From the NCBI GenBank assembly GCA_040218735.1, contig JAVJQW010000007.1, forward strand, positions 1-64,000: a DNA stretch of 64,000 nt. Reading direction: 5' to 3'. Both the position numbers and the translations under genes were made by a program. Below the pieces are notes generated by a model, which was given only the letters and a program-made list of their open reading frames with translations, did no database searches and was not told where the DNA came from. This DNA comes from Deltaproteobacteria bacterium. Lineage in GTDB: Bacteria; Myxococcota; Kuafuiibacteriia; Kuafuiibacteriales; Kuafuiibacteriaceae. Shown here in pieces: positions 47,719 to 56,598 of the stretch (the first letter of the stretch is position 1; each line of letters opens with the position of its first letter).

Positions 47719-48855
47719 GTGGCTCGCAAACGCAACACGGCGCCCCAGACGGGCGACCTCTTCGCGCCCCGCCCGGCCCGCGCCGAGCGGCCGGCGGAGC
47801 CGCGTCCGCCTACGCCGCCACCCGAGGATCCGCCGGCACCGCCGACGACGCAGTCCAAACGCGAGAGCCTCTACTTCGACGAGCCGTTCCGCGAGTTCGA
47901 GCACAACGGTGGAGTACACCTCGCGGATTCGATCCTCTGGTGCGACGCCGACCGCCGCCACGACCTGTGTTTCATCTCGCACGCGCACGCGGACTACATC
48001 GGGAAGAACCGCCGCATCCTCGCGACGGATCAGACGGTGCGAATCCTCACCCGCGGTACGGGGAAGATCGACTCACTCACGTCGCCCTACCGGCGCAGCT
48101 TCACGCTCGGACCGCTGACGCTCGAGATGCATCCGGCGGGTCACGTCCTCGGTTCGGCGCAGCTCCTCATCACGCGCGACGACCGGCGAATCGTCTACAC
48201 GAGTGACATCAACACGCGCGTCACCGCGACGGCCGAGGCCGCGGAGCCGATCCCCTGCGACGTCCTCGCGATCCCCGCGACGTACGGACTGCCGGCGTAT
48301 CGGTTCCCACCACGCGAGGAGGTCATCGCGAACATCGAGAAGTTCGTCGCCGACTGCCTCGAAGACCGCGCGACGCCCGTCCTCATCGCGAACCAGATCG
48401 GCACCGCGCAGGAGCTCATGCAGATCCTCGGCAAGGCCGGGCATCGCCTCCGCGTGCACCGTTCGATCTACGACGTCGCGAAGATCTACAAGGAGCACGG
48501 CATCGACTTCCCCGGCTCGCGTCGCTTCCAGGGCTCCCCGGCGCGCGACGAAGTCGTCCTGTTCCCGCCGATACTCCGGCGCCACGCCTCCATCCGGCGC
48601 CTCCGCAAGTACCAGACGGCGTTGGTCACCGGGCGCGCACTCGACGAGGCCTTCGTCCATCGCCACCGTGTCGATGCGGCGTTTCCGCTGTCGGACTCCG
48701 CGGACCACGAGGAGCTCCTCGCGTTCATCGAAGCGACCGGCGCCTCCGAGATCTACCTCGTGGGGGGACACATCGAGGAGTTTGGCGAGACACTCCGCGC
48801 GCGTGGGCATCGTGTGTATTCGCTCGTGCCTCCGCAACAACTCAGCCTCTTCTGA
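47719..48855 (+). CDS. MBL-fold (beta-CASP-like) hydrolase, ligase-associated exonuclease-like
   Basis: 'FISHAHADY', 'HPAGHVLGSAQ', 'YTSD', 'TYGLPAYRFP' and 'FPLSDSADH'. Confidence 0.85.
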   Translation: MARKRNTAPQTGDLFAPRPARAERPAEPRPPTPPPEDPPAPPTTQSKRESLYFDEPFREFEHNGGVHLADSILWCDADRRHDLCFISHAHADYIGKNRRILATDQTVRILTRGTGKIDSLTSPYRRSFTLGPLTLEMHPAGHVLGSAQLLITRDDRRIVYTSDINTRVTATAEAAEPIPCDVLAIPATYGLPAYRFPPREEVIANIEKFVADCLEDRATPVLIANQIGTAQELMQILGKAGHRLRVHRSIYDVAKIYKEHGIDFPGSRRFQGSPARDEVVLFPPILRRHASIRRLRKYQTALVTGRALDEAFVHRHRVDAAFPLSDSADHEELLAFIEATGASEIYLVGGHIEEFGETLRARGHRVYSLVPPQQLSLF

Positions 48856-48898
48856 ACCGTCATTTGACCGCCGACCCAGCCCGGCGCAGCATCCCGGC

Positions 48899-50464
48899 GT
48901 GCGTCTGCCCTGGTGCGCGCTTCTCGGCGCGATCGGCATCCTCTGCGGCGTGGCCCCCGCGTACGGTCAAACGGCGACGGCCTCCGTCGCGACGTCGTCG
49001 ACCGCCGCGCCGCCGCCCCCTGCGGTAGCTTTGAAGGTCACGCGGGCGGCACCGCCCGTCGTCGCCAAGAACACCGATTCGATGACGCTCGACGAGCTGG
49101 TCGAGGGCAAGGATCTGACGGGGACTCCGAAGCTGCCGCCGCGCGAGCCGGTGCTCCCTCCGGTCTCTGCGAAGCCCGGCGAGGATCGCCCGCTCCCGAA
49201 CTACGACGGTCGCGATCCCGAAGGCACCAACGCCGCACAGGCGTTGATCTGGTTGCCGCGCGTCGTCTTCTTCCCGGTGCACCTCGTGTTCGAGTACCTG
49301 GTTCGCTTCCCGCTCGTGCAGGGGCTCACGAAGATCGAGGAGCACTACGTCATCAAACGCGTCGAGCGCATCTTCACGTGGCGCGACGGCAAGTCCGGCG
49401 TGTACCCGACGTTCCTCGCGGACTTCGGGCTCCGCCCCGCGGTCGGGCTGACGACGTTCCACCGCGACCTCTTCGTCCGCGGCAACACGTTCAACGCGGC
49501 GATCGGAACGTGGGGGCCGAAGTGGCTCCGCATCTCGGCGACGAACGAGACCCTCGTGCTCGACGAAGACACCGGTCGCGTCGAGCTGTCCGGCTTCTTC
49601 GACACCCGCCCCGACCAACCGTTCTACGGCGTCGGGTCGGCGACTTCGAAGGAGGACGAGGTGCGGTTCCAGTGGTCGCGTTGGCAGGTCGGCGGACGTT
49701 TCCTCGCGTCGCTCGGTGGCTTGTCCCGGCTGCAGTTCGGGACGGCGTTTAGACACGTCGACTTCCTCGACGACCCGATCGATCCGCCGTACGACCCCTC
49801 GCGGATGAGCGCACCCGGCTTCGACGCGGGGAGCTACGAGATCCTCGAGTCGGAGGCGCGCCTCAAGATCGACACGCGCGACCCCGACACCGAGTTCAAG
49901 GGCGGAACCGGCTACCTCCTCGAGCTGTTCGGGACGTTTGCCTTCGACCCCTCCTCGACGAGCCGCAACTACGTCCGCTGGGGCGCCGAGACGGCGGTCT
50001 TCTACGACTTCACCGAGCGCGGGCACGTGTTGGCGCTGCGCCTTTCGACGGAGATCGTCGAAGAGACGGGCGGCACCGAGGTGCCGTTCACGGAGCTCGC
50101 GTCGCTCGGAGGGCTCGAGTCGATGCGCGGCTTCCTGCCCCGGCGCTTCGTGGGCGACAGCGCGGTGTTCGGCACGCTGAGTTATCGCTACCCGGTGTGG
50201 TCGATGATCGACGCGGAGGTGTTCTCGAGCGTCGGCAACGTGTTCGACGAACGACTCCAGGGCTTCGCGTTGAAGCGCCTCTACCTCAACTCGGGCATCG
50301 GGCTGCGGACGAACCTCGACCGCGACGTCGCGCTCACGTTCATGTTCGCGGTGGGCTCGAATCGTTTCGACGGTCTGCCGACGCGACCCGATCTGCCCCG
50401 GGCGGAGCGCGACTTCCGCATCGAGTCGTACCGCATCGTCTTCGGCCTGACGCAGGGGTTCTGA
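48899..50464 (+). CDS. Omp85 (BamA/TamA) family outer-membrane protein
   Basis: Signal peptide, 'LGGLESMRGFLPRRF', 'YRYP', 'GIGLR' and terminal Phe. Confidence 0.85.
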   Translation: MRLPWCALLGAIGILCGVAPAYGQTATASVATSSTAAPPPPAVALKVTRAAPPVVAKNTDSMTLDELVEGKDLTGTPKLPPREPVLPPVSAKPGEDRPLPNYDGRDPEGTNAAQALIWLPRVVFFPVHLVFEYLVRFPLVQGLTKIEEHYVIKRVERIFTWRDGKSGVYPTFLADFGLRPAVGLTTFHRDLFVRGNTFNAAIGTWGPKWLRISATNETLVLDEDTGRVELSGFFDTRPDQPFYGVGSATSKEDEVRFQWSRWQVGGRFLASLGGLSRLQFGTAFRHVDFLDDPIDPPYDPSRMSAPGFDAGSYEILESEARLKIDTRDPDTEFKGGTGYLLELFGTFAFDPSSTSRNYVRWGAETAVFYDFTERGHVLALRLSTEIVEETGGTEVPFTELASLGGLESMRGFLPRRFVGDSAVFGTLSYRYPVWSMIDAEVFSSVGNVFDERLQGFALKRLYLNSGIGLRTNLDRDVALTFMFAVGSNRFDGLPTRPDLPRAERDFRIESYRIVFGLTQGF

Positions 50465-50468
50465 GAAA

Positions 50469-52220
50469 ATGAAGAAGCTCGCAGTCCTCCTCTCGATGTC
50501 CCTCGCCGCGTGCGCGACCGACGTGCGTCGCTTCCCGCTCGCCGATCCGCTGTGGATCGACGAAGACCAGAACCACGTCCCCGAGAAGCCGTCCGACTAC
50601 TACTCCGGGCTGATGGCCGACGGCGCCGACATGATGGCGTTCTATCCGCTGTCGCGGATGTGGACGTTCCCGCTGGCCAAGGAAGCCGCCAACGCCAACG
50701 CGCTCGACGAGGTCCCGAACAGCTCGTGGTTCACGAACCGCATCGGCCTGCATCCGGTCACGCCCGAGGAGGCCGCGCTCGGTGCGTGCAACGGGCAGCC
50801 GAAGCTCGACCCCGCGGACGGCAAGTGGATCGTCAGCGGCGCGAAGCCGAACGGCGCGAACCCGGGGTTCTTCATCAAGGCGCCGAACGGTCAGCGGTAC
50901 CTGCTGAAGTTCGACGGCCCGCAGCAGCCGCCGCGCGCGACGTCGGCGGACGTGATCGGTTCGAAGCTCTACTGGACGGCCGGGTTCTTCACGCCGTGCA
51001 ACCAGGTCGTCTACTTCCCCGAGACGATCTTCGCGATCGACCCGGAGGCGACCGCGGAGAACGAGTTCGGCGAGAAGCAGCCGATCACCGACGCCGACAT
51101 CGACAAGACGCTCTCGAAGGCGTTCCGCCTCAAGGACGGGCGTCTGAGGGCGTCGGCGAGCCAGTTCGTCCCCGGGCGACCGATCGGGCCGTTCACGTAC
51201 CAAGGCACGCGCGGCGACGATCCGAACGACATCATCCCGCACGAGGACCGGCGCGAGCTGCGCGGGTCGTACGTCTTCGCGGCGTGGATCAACCACTTCG
51301 ACTCACGCGAGCAGAACACCCTCGACGTGTGGTCGAAGGACGGCGAGCGCGAGTTCATCCGGCACTACATCATCGACTGGGGTGACTCGTTCGGGAGCCG
51401 GTGGCCGCACGATCAGATCAGCCGCCGCCTCGGCCTGTCGTACTACTTCGACTTCCAGCACGTGTTCCTCGACCTCATCACGTTCGGGCTGATCCCGCGC
51501 GCGTGGAACCGCTCCGAGGTGAGCGCGGAGGAGATCTTCGGTTACTACAACGTCGAGCAGTTCGACCCGGTCGACTACCGGCCCGGCTACCCGAACCCCG
51601 CCTTCGACGCACGTCAGCCGCGCGACCTCATGTGGGCGATCCGGGTCCTCGCGCGGTTCACGCCGGAGCACCTGCGCGCGATCATCGCGCAAGGCAAGTT
51701 GCCGGACCCGCGCCAGGAGCGCGAGCTGTACCGCGTGCTGCGCGGACGTCAGTTGAAGCTGATCGAGTCCGTCGTGACGAAGTACTCGCCGCTCACGAAC
51801 TTCAAGCTCGTTCGCCGCAAGGCGGACAGCAAACGGCAGTCGCTGTGTTTCGAGGACATCGCGCTTCAGTACGGCGTCGTCAGCTCCACGGTCGCGACGT
51901 ACAAGATGCGCTTCATGGGCGGGGAGGCCGCCGACGAGGAGCTCGGTTGGCTGCAGTTCCGGCCGGACTCCGACCACCCGCACCGAAGCTGCGCGGCGCT
52001 CCCGATCGGCCACCGTCGGCCGGCGGACCTCGTCGACGCGAGCGCGCCCGACGACGACCCGAAACGCTACGGCATCATGCGCATCTTCGTGCACCAGACG
52101 CGCTCGGTGCTGCCCACGTCCGAGACCCGCGTACACATGTACGATCTCGGCCGCGAACGTGGGTTCAAGATCGTCGGGATCGAACACCCGACGAACGCCA
52201 CGAGACCCGACGTCTACTGA
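50469..52220 (+). CDS. Lipoprotein with a putative atypical (PI3K/HipA-like) kinase fold
   Basis: Lipobox 'LAAC'; 'KPNGANPGF', 'YLLKFD', 'NHFDSREQN' and 'YIIDWG'. Confidence 0.65.
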   Translation: MKKLAVLLSMSLAACATDVRRFPLADPLWIDEDQNHVPEKPSDYYSGLMADGADMMAFYPLSRMWTFPLAKEAANANALDEVPNSSWFTNRIGLHPVTPEEAALGACNGQPKLDPADGKWIVSGAKPNGANPGFFIKAPNGQRYLLKFDGPQQPPRATSADVIGSKLYWTAGFFTPCNQVVYFPETIFAIDPEATAENEFGEKQPITDADIDKTLSKAFRLKDGRLRASASQFVPGRPIGPFTYQGTRGDDPNDIIPHEDRRELRGSYVFAAWINHFDSREQNTLDVWSKDGEREFIRHYIIDWGDSFGSRWPHDQISRRLGLSYYFDFQHVFLDLITFGLIPRAWNRSEVSAEEIFGYYNVEQFDPVDYRPGYPNPAFDARQPRDLMWAIRVLARFTPEHLRAIIAQGKLPDPRQERELYRVLRGRQLKLIESVVTKYSPLTNFKLVRRKADSKRQSLCFEDIALQYGVVSSTVATYKMRFMGGEAADEELGWLQFRPDSDHPHRSCAALPIGHRRPADLVDASAPDDDPKRYGIMRIFVHQTRSVLPTSETRVHMYDLGRERGFKIVGIEHPTNATRPDVY

Positions 52221-52846
52221 ACGGTCACCAGCTCGATCGAGGGCTTCGTCATCCCGCCTTCGATCGCGTGCACCTGAGGCTCCGCGTTCTTCGCGACCTG
52301 CACCCCACGCAACACCACCCGCGCGAAGTCGGCCGCCGCGACGAACCCGCCTTCGTCGGCGCGGTTGTCGTGCGCGAAGCTCATCGCGATCGTCACCTTG
52401 GCGTCGCCGCCCGCGAACACCCCGCCGCCTTGCTCGGCGCGGTTGCCCGCGAACGTCGTTCGCTCGGCGCGCAGCACGCCGCGTTCGACGTACGCGCCGC
52501 CGCCGCGGTGTTTGGCGCGGTTGCCGCTGAGGACGCAGTCGAGGAGCCGAACGCGGGCTTCGTTGTCGATCGCGAGCGCGCCGCCGTAGCGGCCGCGGCC
52601 GTTGACCACCGTGAGGCCCTCCAGGGTCACCTCGCCGTCGTCCACGCGGATCGCCGTACCTTCCTTCGCCGCGTCGAGCACGGTCTCTCCCGGCACGCCG
52701 ACGATGTGAATCGAACGACGAATCACGATCGCCCCGACGTAGGTCTTCGGCTCCAAACGCACCGTCGCCCCGGGCTCCGCCTGGTCGATACGCTGCTGTA
52801 GCTGAGTCGTCGTCACTGTCGCCGCCATCGTCATCATCAGCACCAT
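52214..52846 (-). CDS. Right-handed beta-helix repeat protein
   Basis: Pmp-like repeats 'GGAL', 'GNRA...GGG' and 'DNRADEGG'; TGATG coupling to calpain 2. Confidence 0.8.
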   Translation of the reverse strand: MVLMMTMAATVTTTQLQQRIDQAEPGATVRLEPKTYVGAIVIRRSIHIVGVPGETVLDAAKEGTAIRVDDGEVTLEGLTVVNGRGRYGGALAIDNEARVRLLDCVLSGNRAKHRGGGAYVERGVLRAERTTFAGNRAEQGGGVFAGGDAKVTIAMSFAHDNRADEGGFVAAADFARVVLRGVQVAKNAEPQVHAIEGGMTKPSIELVTVQ

Positions 52847-53829
52847 CACGCGTCGTTGATCTTGAGGCTGTCGAAGTTCGCCCGGAGTTTGTCGAGCGGC
52901 ACCTCGTAGATGCTGTCTTCGAGCTTCCGAGATCCGTCGTTCACGCCCCACGGGTTGTAGATGCGGATGTACTTCTTGCCGTCGCGCTCCACCGCGCCGA
53001 GCACGGCGTACGCGTGGTCGCCCGGGTAGTCGGTCGCGCCGTCCTTCGTGCTGAGCGTCATCGGGTGCCCGCCGCGCTCCGCGGCCTTCACCTTGTCGTA
53101 GATGTCGTTCGGGTCCGTGGTGGAGCCGATGCTCGTGTTGCGTGAGCTGCGCCCGGTGATGAGCTCCATCGCGCGCCCGGAGTTTCCGCCTTCGATCTTG
53201 TCGTAGCCGCCCTTGTACTGCGCGTAGGCCTTCTCGATGAGCGCCGGCCACAGCGTGTTGTTCTGGTTCCCGGGGGTCGGGTCGGCGTAAGAGTGTTTGC
53301 CGTCGGAGTTGTGCGGGAACGTCGGCGTGACGTTGACCGGCACCGTCTTCCACTTGCCGCCCTCCTTCACCCGGAGGCGCACCGTGTACGTCCCGTCGTC
53401 GTTCTTGCTGATCATGTTCCTGAGGAGGTTCGGGTCGGTCTTGGCGACCGCGGCCATCGCGCCCATGAGGTAACAGTCGCCGAGCCCGCCCTGGTCGACG
53501 TCGGCGACCGTCGGGTCGACCGTGCGTCCGTCCTTGGTGCGGAACGCTTCACCCTCCACGCGTTTGTACGTGACGGCGTCGTCCGTCGGCACGCCGGGCT
53601 CCTTGCCGGTCGACGTGAGACGCGCCTGAAGCTGCGCCGCGATCGGATCGTTCGAGACCCGCGCGCTGGCGTAGAGCGCCGTCTCCGCGGTCGGCATCGA
53701 GACGAACGCCAACGCCTCTTCGTTCGGGATGTCGTGTGAAATGGCGATCGTCGTGTTGCGCGAAGGGATCTGATCCGGATCCGCGGCTCCGCCGACGCCA
53801 TGAGCTCCTGCTGTCGTGACTCGCACCAT
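52846..53829 (-). CDS. C2 family (calpain-like) cysteine protease
   Basis: 'DQGGLGDCYL', 'WPALIEKAYA', 'DHAYAV' and 'YNPWG'. Confidence 0.92.
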   Translation of the reverse strand: MVRVTTAGAHGVGGAADPDQIPSRNTTIAISHDIPNEEALAFVSMPTAETALYASARVSNDPIAAQLQARLTSTGKEPGVPTDDAVTYKRVEGEAFRTKDGRTVDPTVADVDQGGLGDCYLMGAMAAVAKTDPNLLRNMISKNDDGTYTVRLRVKEGGKWKTVPVNVTPTFPHNSDGKHSYADPTPGNQNNTLWPALIEKAYAQYKGGYDKIEGGNSGRAMELITGRSSRNTSIGSTTDPNDIYDKVKAAERGGHPMTLSTKDGATDYPGDHAYAVLGAVERDGKKYIRIYNPWGVNDGSRKLEDSIYEVPLDKLRANFDSLKINDA

Positions 53830-53843
53830 GTCGAAGGGCATTC

Positions 53844-53858
53844 GCAAACGCAGGACCA
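53844..53858 (-). promoter_or_regulatory. Candidate sigma54 promoter of calpain 2
   Basis: TGGTCCT-GCGT-TTGC (GG-N10-GC), 14 nt before ATG 53829. Confidence 0.45.
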
Positions 53859-54092
53859 CTTCGCCGTGCCCATGTCGCACTCGAACGATCTCGCGCACGT
53901 AGCGTCGCGCGCTCTCCGGAGGGCCCGTTCCCACTCCCAACCCGCGTTCCCAATTCGGGCACCCCCGCGATCCCAACTGCGGGTGAGTCCTGTGATGCAC
54001 GTCGCGCAAAAATCGAAGAACGCGCGAACCGAACGGACGTTGATATCCAGCGAGGCCACGATGGTGGGCTCGAAAGAAAGAGGAGGATTCAC

Positions 54093-54611
54093 ATGAACAA
54101 CAAGACGAAGCTCTCGACCCTGATCGTGACCGGCATCTTCGGCGCCGCGAGCATCGCCGCCGCTTCACCGTCGCTGCTCGCGCCGCGACCCGAGTCACTC
54201 CCCACGCCCGCCACGCTCCCGGTACCGATCGAGGCGCGCGCTGAGCAGCCGGACGTCCTCTCCAAGACCACGAAGGACCGGCGGAAGATCGTCCGCGTGA
54301 AGAAGAAGGGGCTCCCGAAGATCGCCCCGAAGTCGCAGCTCTTCATGAAGCTCGACGCAAACGCCGACGGCTTCGTGTCCTACGCGGAGATGCAGCGCGG
54401 TACGCCGATGAACGCGAAGAAGCACTTCGCTCGCCTCGACTCGAACGGCGACGGCAAGCTGTCGATGGACGAGATGAACGCTCGCGGCAAGCGCGACGCG
54501 AAATTGAAGAAGTCGAAGAAGGCGAAGGCCAAGCTCGCGAAGAAGAACGTGAAGCTCGACCGCGAGGGGCGCGCGAAGCACGACGCGAAGAAGATGCGCC
54601 GCCGCTCGTAG
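54093..54611 (+). CDS. Exported EF-hand protein, Lys-rich
   Basis: Signal peptide; EF-hands 'DANADGFVSYAE' and 'DSNGDGKLSMDE'; strong GAGGAGG RBS. Confidence 0.88.
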   Translation: MNNKTKLSTLIVTGIFGAASIAAASPSLLAPRPESLPTPATLPVPIEARAEQPDVLSKTTKDRRKIVRVKKKGLPKIAPKSQLFMKLDANADGFVSYAEMQRGTPMNAKKHFARLDSNGDGKLSMDEMNARGKRDAKLKKSKKAKAKLAKKNVKLDREGRAKHDAKKMRRRS

Positions 54612-54678
54612 ACCTCGGCACAACTGAAGACACGACGACGGCGCGCTTCCTCGGAGGCGTGCCGTTCTTCGTTGGGGA

Positions 54679-56595
54679 TCACATTCGCGTGAGGAACACC
54701 GCGACGATCGCGATGACCAGCGCGATCCCGGTCACCACCAGCGCCGGCATCACCCAGTCGACCTTGCGCGGCGGCGCCTCGGGGAGCGTGGCTTCGGGGA
54801 CCGCCTCCGCGCGGAAGCCCGCCGGCGGATCCGTGCGACGGACGTCCGCCGGGTCCTGCGTCGGCACCGTGGCGCGGTGCACCTGAATCGGCTGCCGTTG
54901 GTTCACCGGACGCTCGGGGCGTTCCGGCCGCTCCGCACGCTCGGGGCGCCGGTCCTGCGTGCGCACCTTCTCTCGGATCGCGCGGCCCTTGGTGTTCGCG
55001 GGCGGCGGCGGCGCGGCCGAGACGTTCACCACCGAAGGCGGCGGCATCGCGTCGTCCTCGACGCGAACGTTCGACAGGCGCGTGGGGGCGTCGCCGTCGT
55101 CGTCGAGCGGCTCCTGTGGCGCGCCGAACCCGGACGGCGGCGCGCTCATCATCACCGTCATCTCGTCGTCGCGGTAACCGCCGACGGAGGACACACCGAG
55201 CACCGGCGCGGACTGGATCGTGCCCTCGAGGTCGTCGTCGAACGCGTCTTCGGGGCGCGGCGGCGGACGCTGCGCGGCCGTCTCTTCGCTGCGGATCGGG
55301 TTCGCCGGGTAGTGCGCGATCTGCGTCGGTGCGTCGACGGAGGCGCGCGGCGGGTGGTCGGCGGTGATCTCGTCGTGCGTTCGGACGAGCGTGCCTTCCT
55401 CCATCTCGTTGCGCGGCTCTTCGTTGGGCACCGCGGCGTCCGTGACGACGCGATCGATCTCCTTGTTCTTCTTGCGCTTCTGTTTGCGCTGCGCCGTCTC
55501 GATCTGCCGCGTCCACTCGATCGGAAGCTCGCCGCGGCCGAACACCGACAGCGCGCCTTCACGCGACGTCGCGATGATGATCGAGTGCTCCGACGCGTTG
55601 TCGAACGCGAGCTCCGCGAGGTCCGGCACCGGCGGGGGCGAGAAGTCCACCTTCGGGTAGAGCTTGTGCAGGTACCGGATGAAGTCTTCGCGTTCGTCGC
55701 GCCCGCTGCGCAGCGTCTCGACGAAGTCGAGCATCTCCTGCGCGTCCTGGTAGCGGTCCTCGGGGCGCACGCCGACCGCCGTCATCACCAGCGTGTCGAT
55801 CTCCTTGGGGAGGGTCGGGATCACCGACCGCGGCGGGCGGTGCTTCGGGCTGAGCACGCGCTGCCAGAGCGTCGCCTGGTCCTGTTCGTCCACGAGGCGG
55901 TCGCCCGTGAACACCTCGAACAACATCACGCCGGTCGAGTAGATGTCCGCGCGTCCGTCGATGCGTTCGTGGCGCGCCTGCTCCGGGGACATGTAGCCGT
56001 ACTTTCCGACGGCGAGCGCGCCCTGCGTACGTGCCGGGAGCAGGTCGGTGCGTGCGAGGCCGAAGTCGATCAGCTTCACCGATCCGTCGAAGCCGATGAG
56101 GACGTTCTGCGGAGAGATGTCGCGGTGGACGAGGCCCATGTGGCGACCGTGCTCGTCCGTGAGGCTGTGCGCGTAGTCGAGGCCCTTGAGGAGGTTCGCG
56201 GTGACGTAGAGCCCGAGGTGCGTGGGCATTGGCTCGCCGCGTTCGTAGGCGCGGTCGAGGACGTCGCCGAGGTCGCGCCCGTGCACGAACTCCATCGCGA
56301 TGTAGTAGTCGGCGTCGACCTTTCCGGCGTCGAAGACACGGATGATGTTCCCGTGTCCGATGCGAACCATGATCTTCGCCTCGTCGGCGAATCGGCCGAC
56401 GAACTCTTCGTCACCGGTGAGGTCGCCGCGGATGGTCTTGATGACGCAGCGCCGCCGGACACCCTTGGCCTGCGCGAGGAACACTTCGCCCATTCCGCCG
56501 CGCGAGAGGGACTTCTCCAGCACGTACCGCCCGAACGAACGCGGAAACTTCTTCTTCATCCCGACGACCGGGGCGTTCTCGAGCGGGTTGGGCAC
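54679..56595 (-). CDS. Hanks-type Ser/Thr protein kinase with C-terminal TM
   Basis: 'SRGGMGEVF', 'VIK', 'HRDISPQN', 'DFGLA' and 'YMSPEQ'. Confidence 0.95.
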   Translation of the reverse strand: MPNPLENAPVVGMKKKFPRSFGRYVLEKSLSRGGMGEVFLAQAKGVRRRCVIKTIRGDLTGDEEFVGRFADEAKIMVRIGHGNIIRVFDAGKVDADYYIAMEFVHGRDLGDVLDRAYERGEPMPTHLGLYVTANLLKGLDYAHSLTDEHGRHMGLVHRDISPQNVLIGFDGSVKLIDFGLARTDLLPARTQGALAVGKYGYMSPEQARHERIDGRADIYSTGVMLFEVFTGDRLVDEQDQATLWQRVLSPKHRPPRSVIPTLPKEIDTLVMTAVGVRPEDRYQDAQEMLDFVETLRSGRDEREDFIRYLHKLYPKVDFSPPPVPDLAELAFDNASEHSIIIATSREGALSVFGRGELPIEWTRQIETAQRKQKRKKNKEIDRVVTDAAVPNEEPRNEMEEGTLVRTHDEITADHPPRASVDAPTQIAHYPANPIRSEETAAQRPPPRPEDAFDDDLEGTIQSAPVLGVSSVGGYRDDEMTVMMSAPPSGFGAPQEPLDDDGDAPTRLSNVRVEDDAMPPPSVVNVSAAPPPPANTKGRAIREKVRTQDRRPERAERPERPERPVNQRQPIQVHRATVPTQDPADVRRTDPPAGFRAEAVPEATLPEAPPRKVDWVMPALVVTGIALVIAIVAVFLTRM

Positions 56596-56598
56596 GGT

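Noticed and set aside
53920-53985. Repeated TCCCA(A) motifs between calpain 2 and the EF-hand gene
   Set aside because: Short and irregularly spaced. They could be binding sites, but the evidence is too weak.
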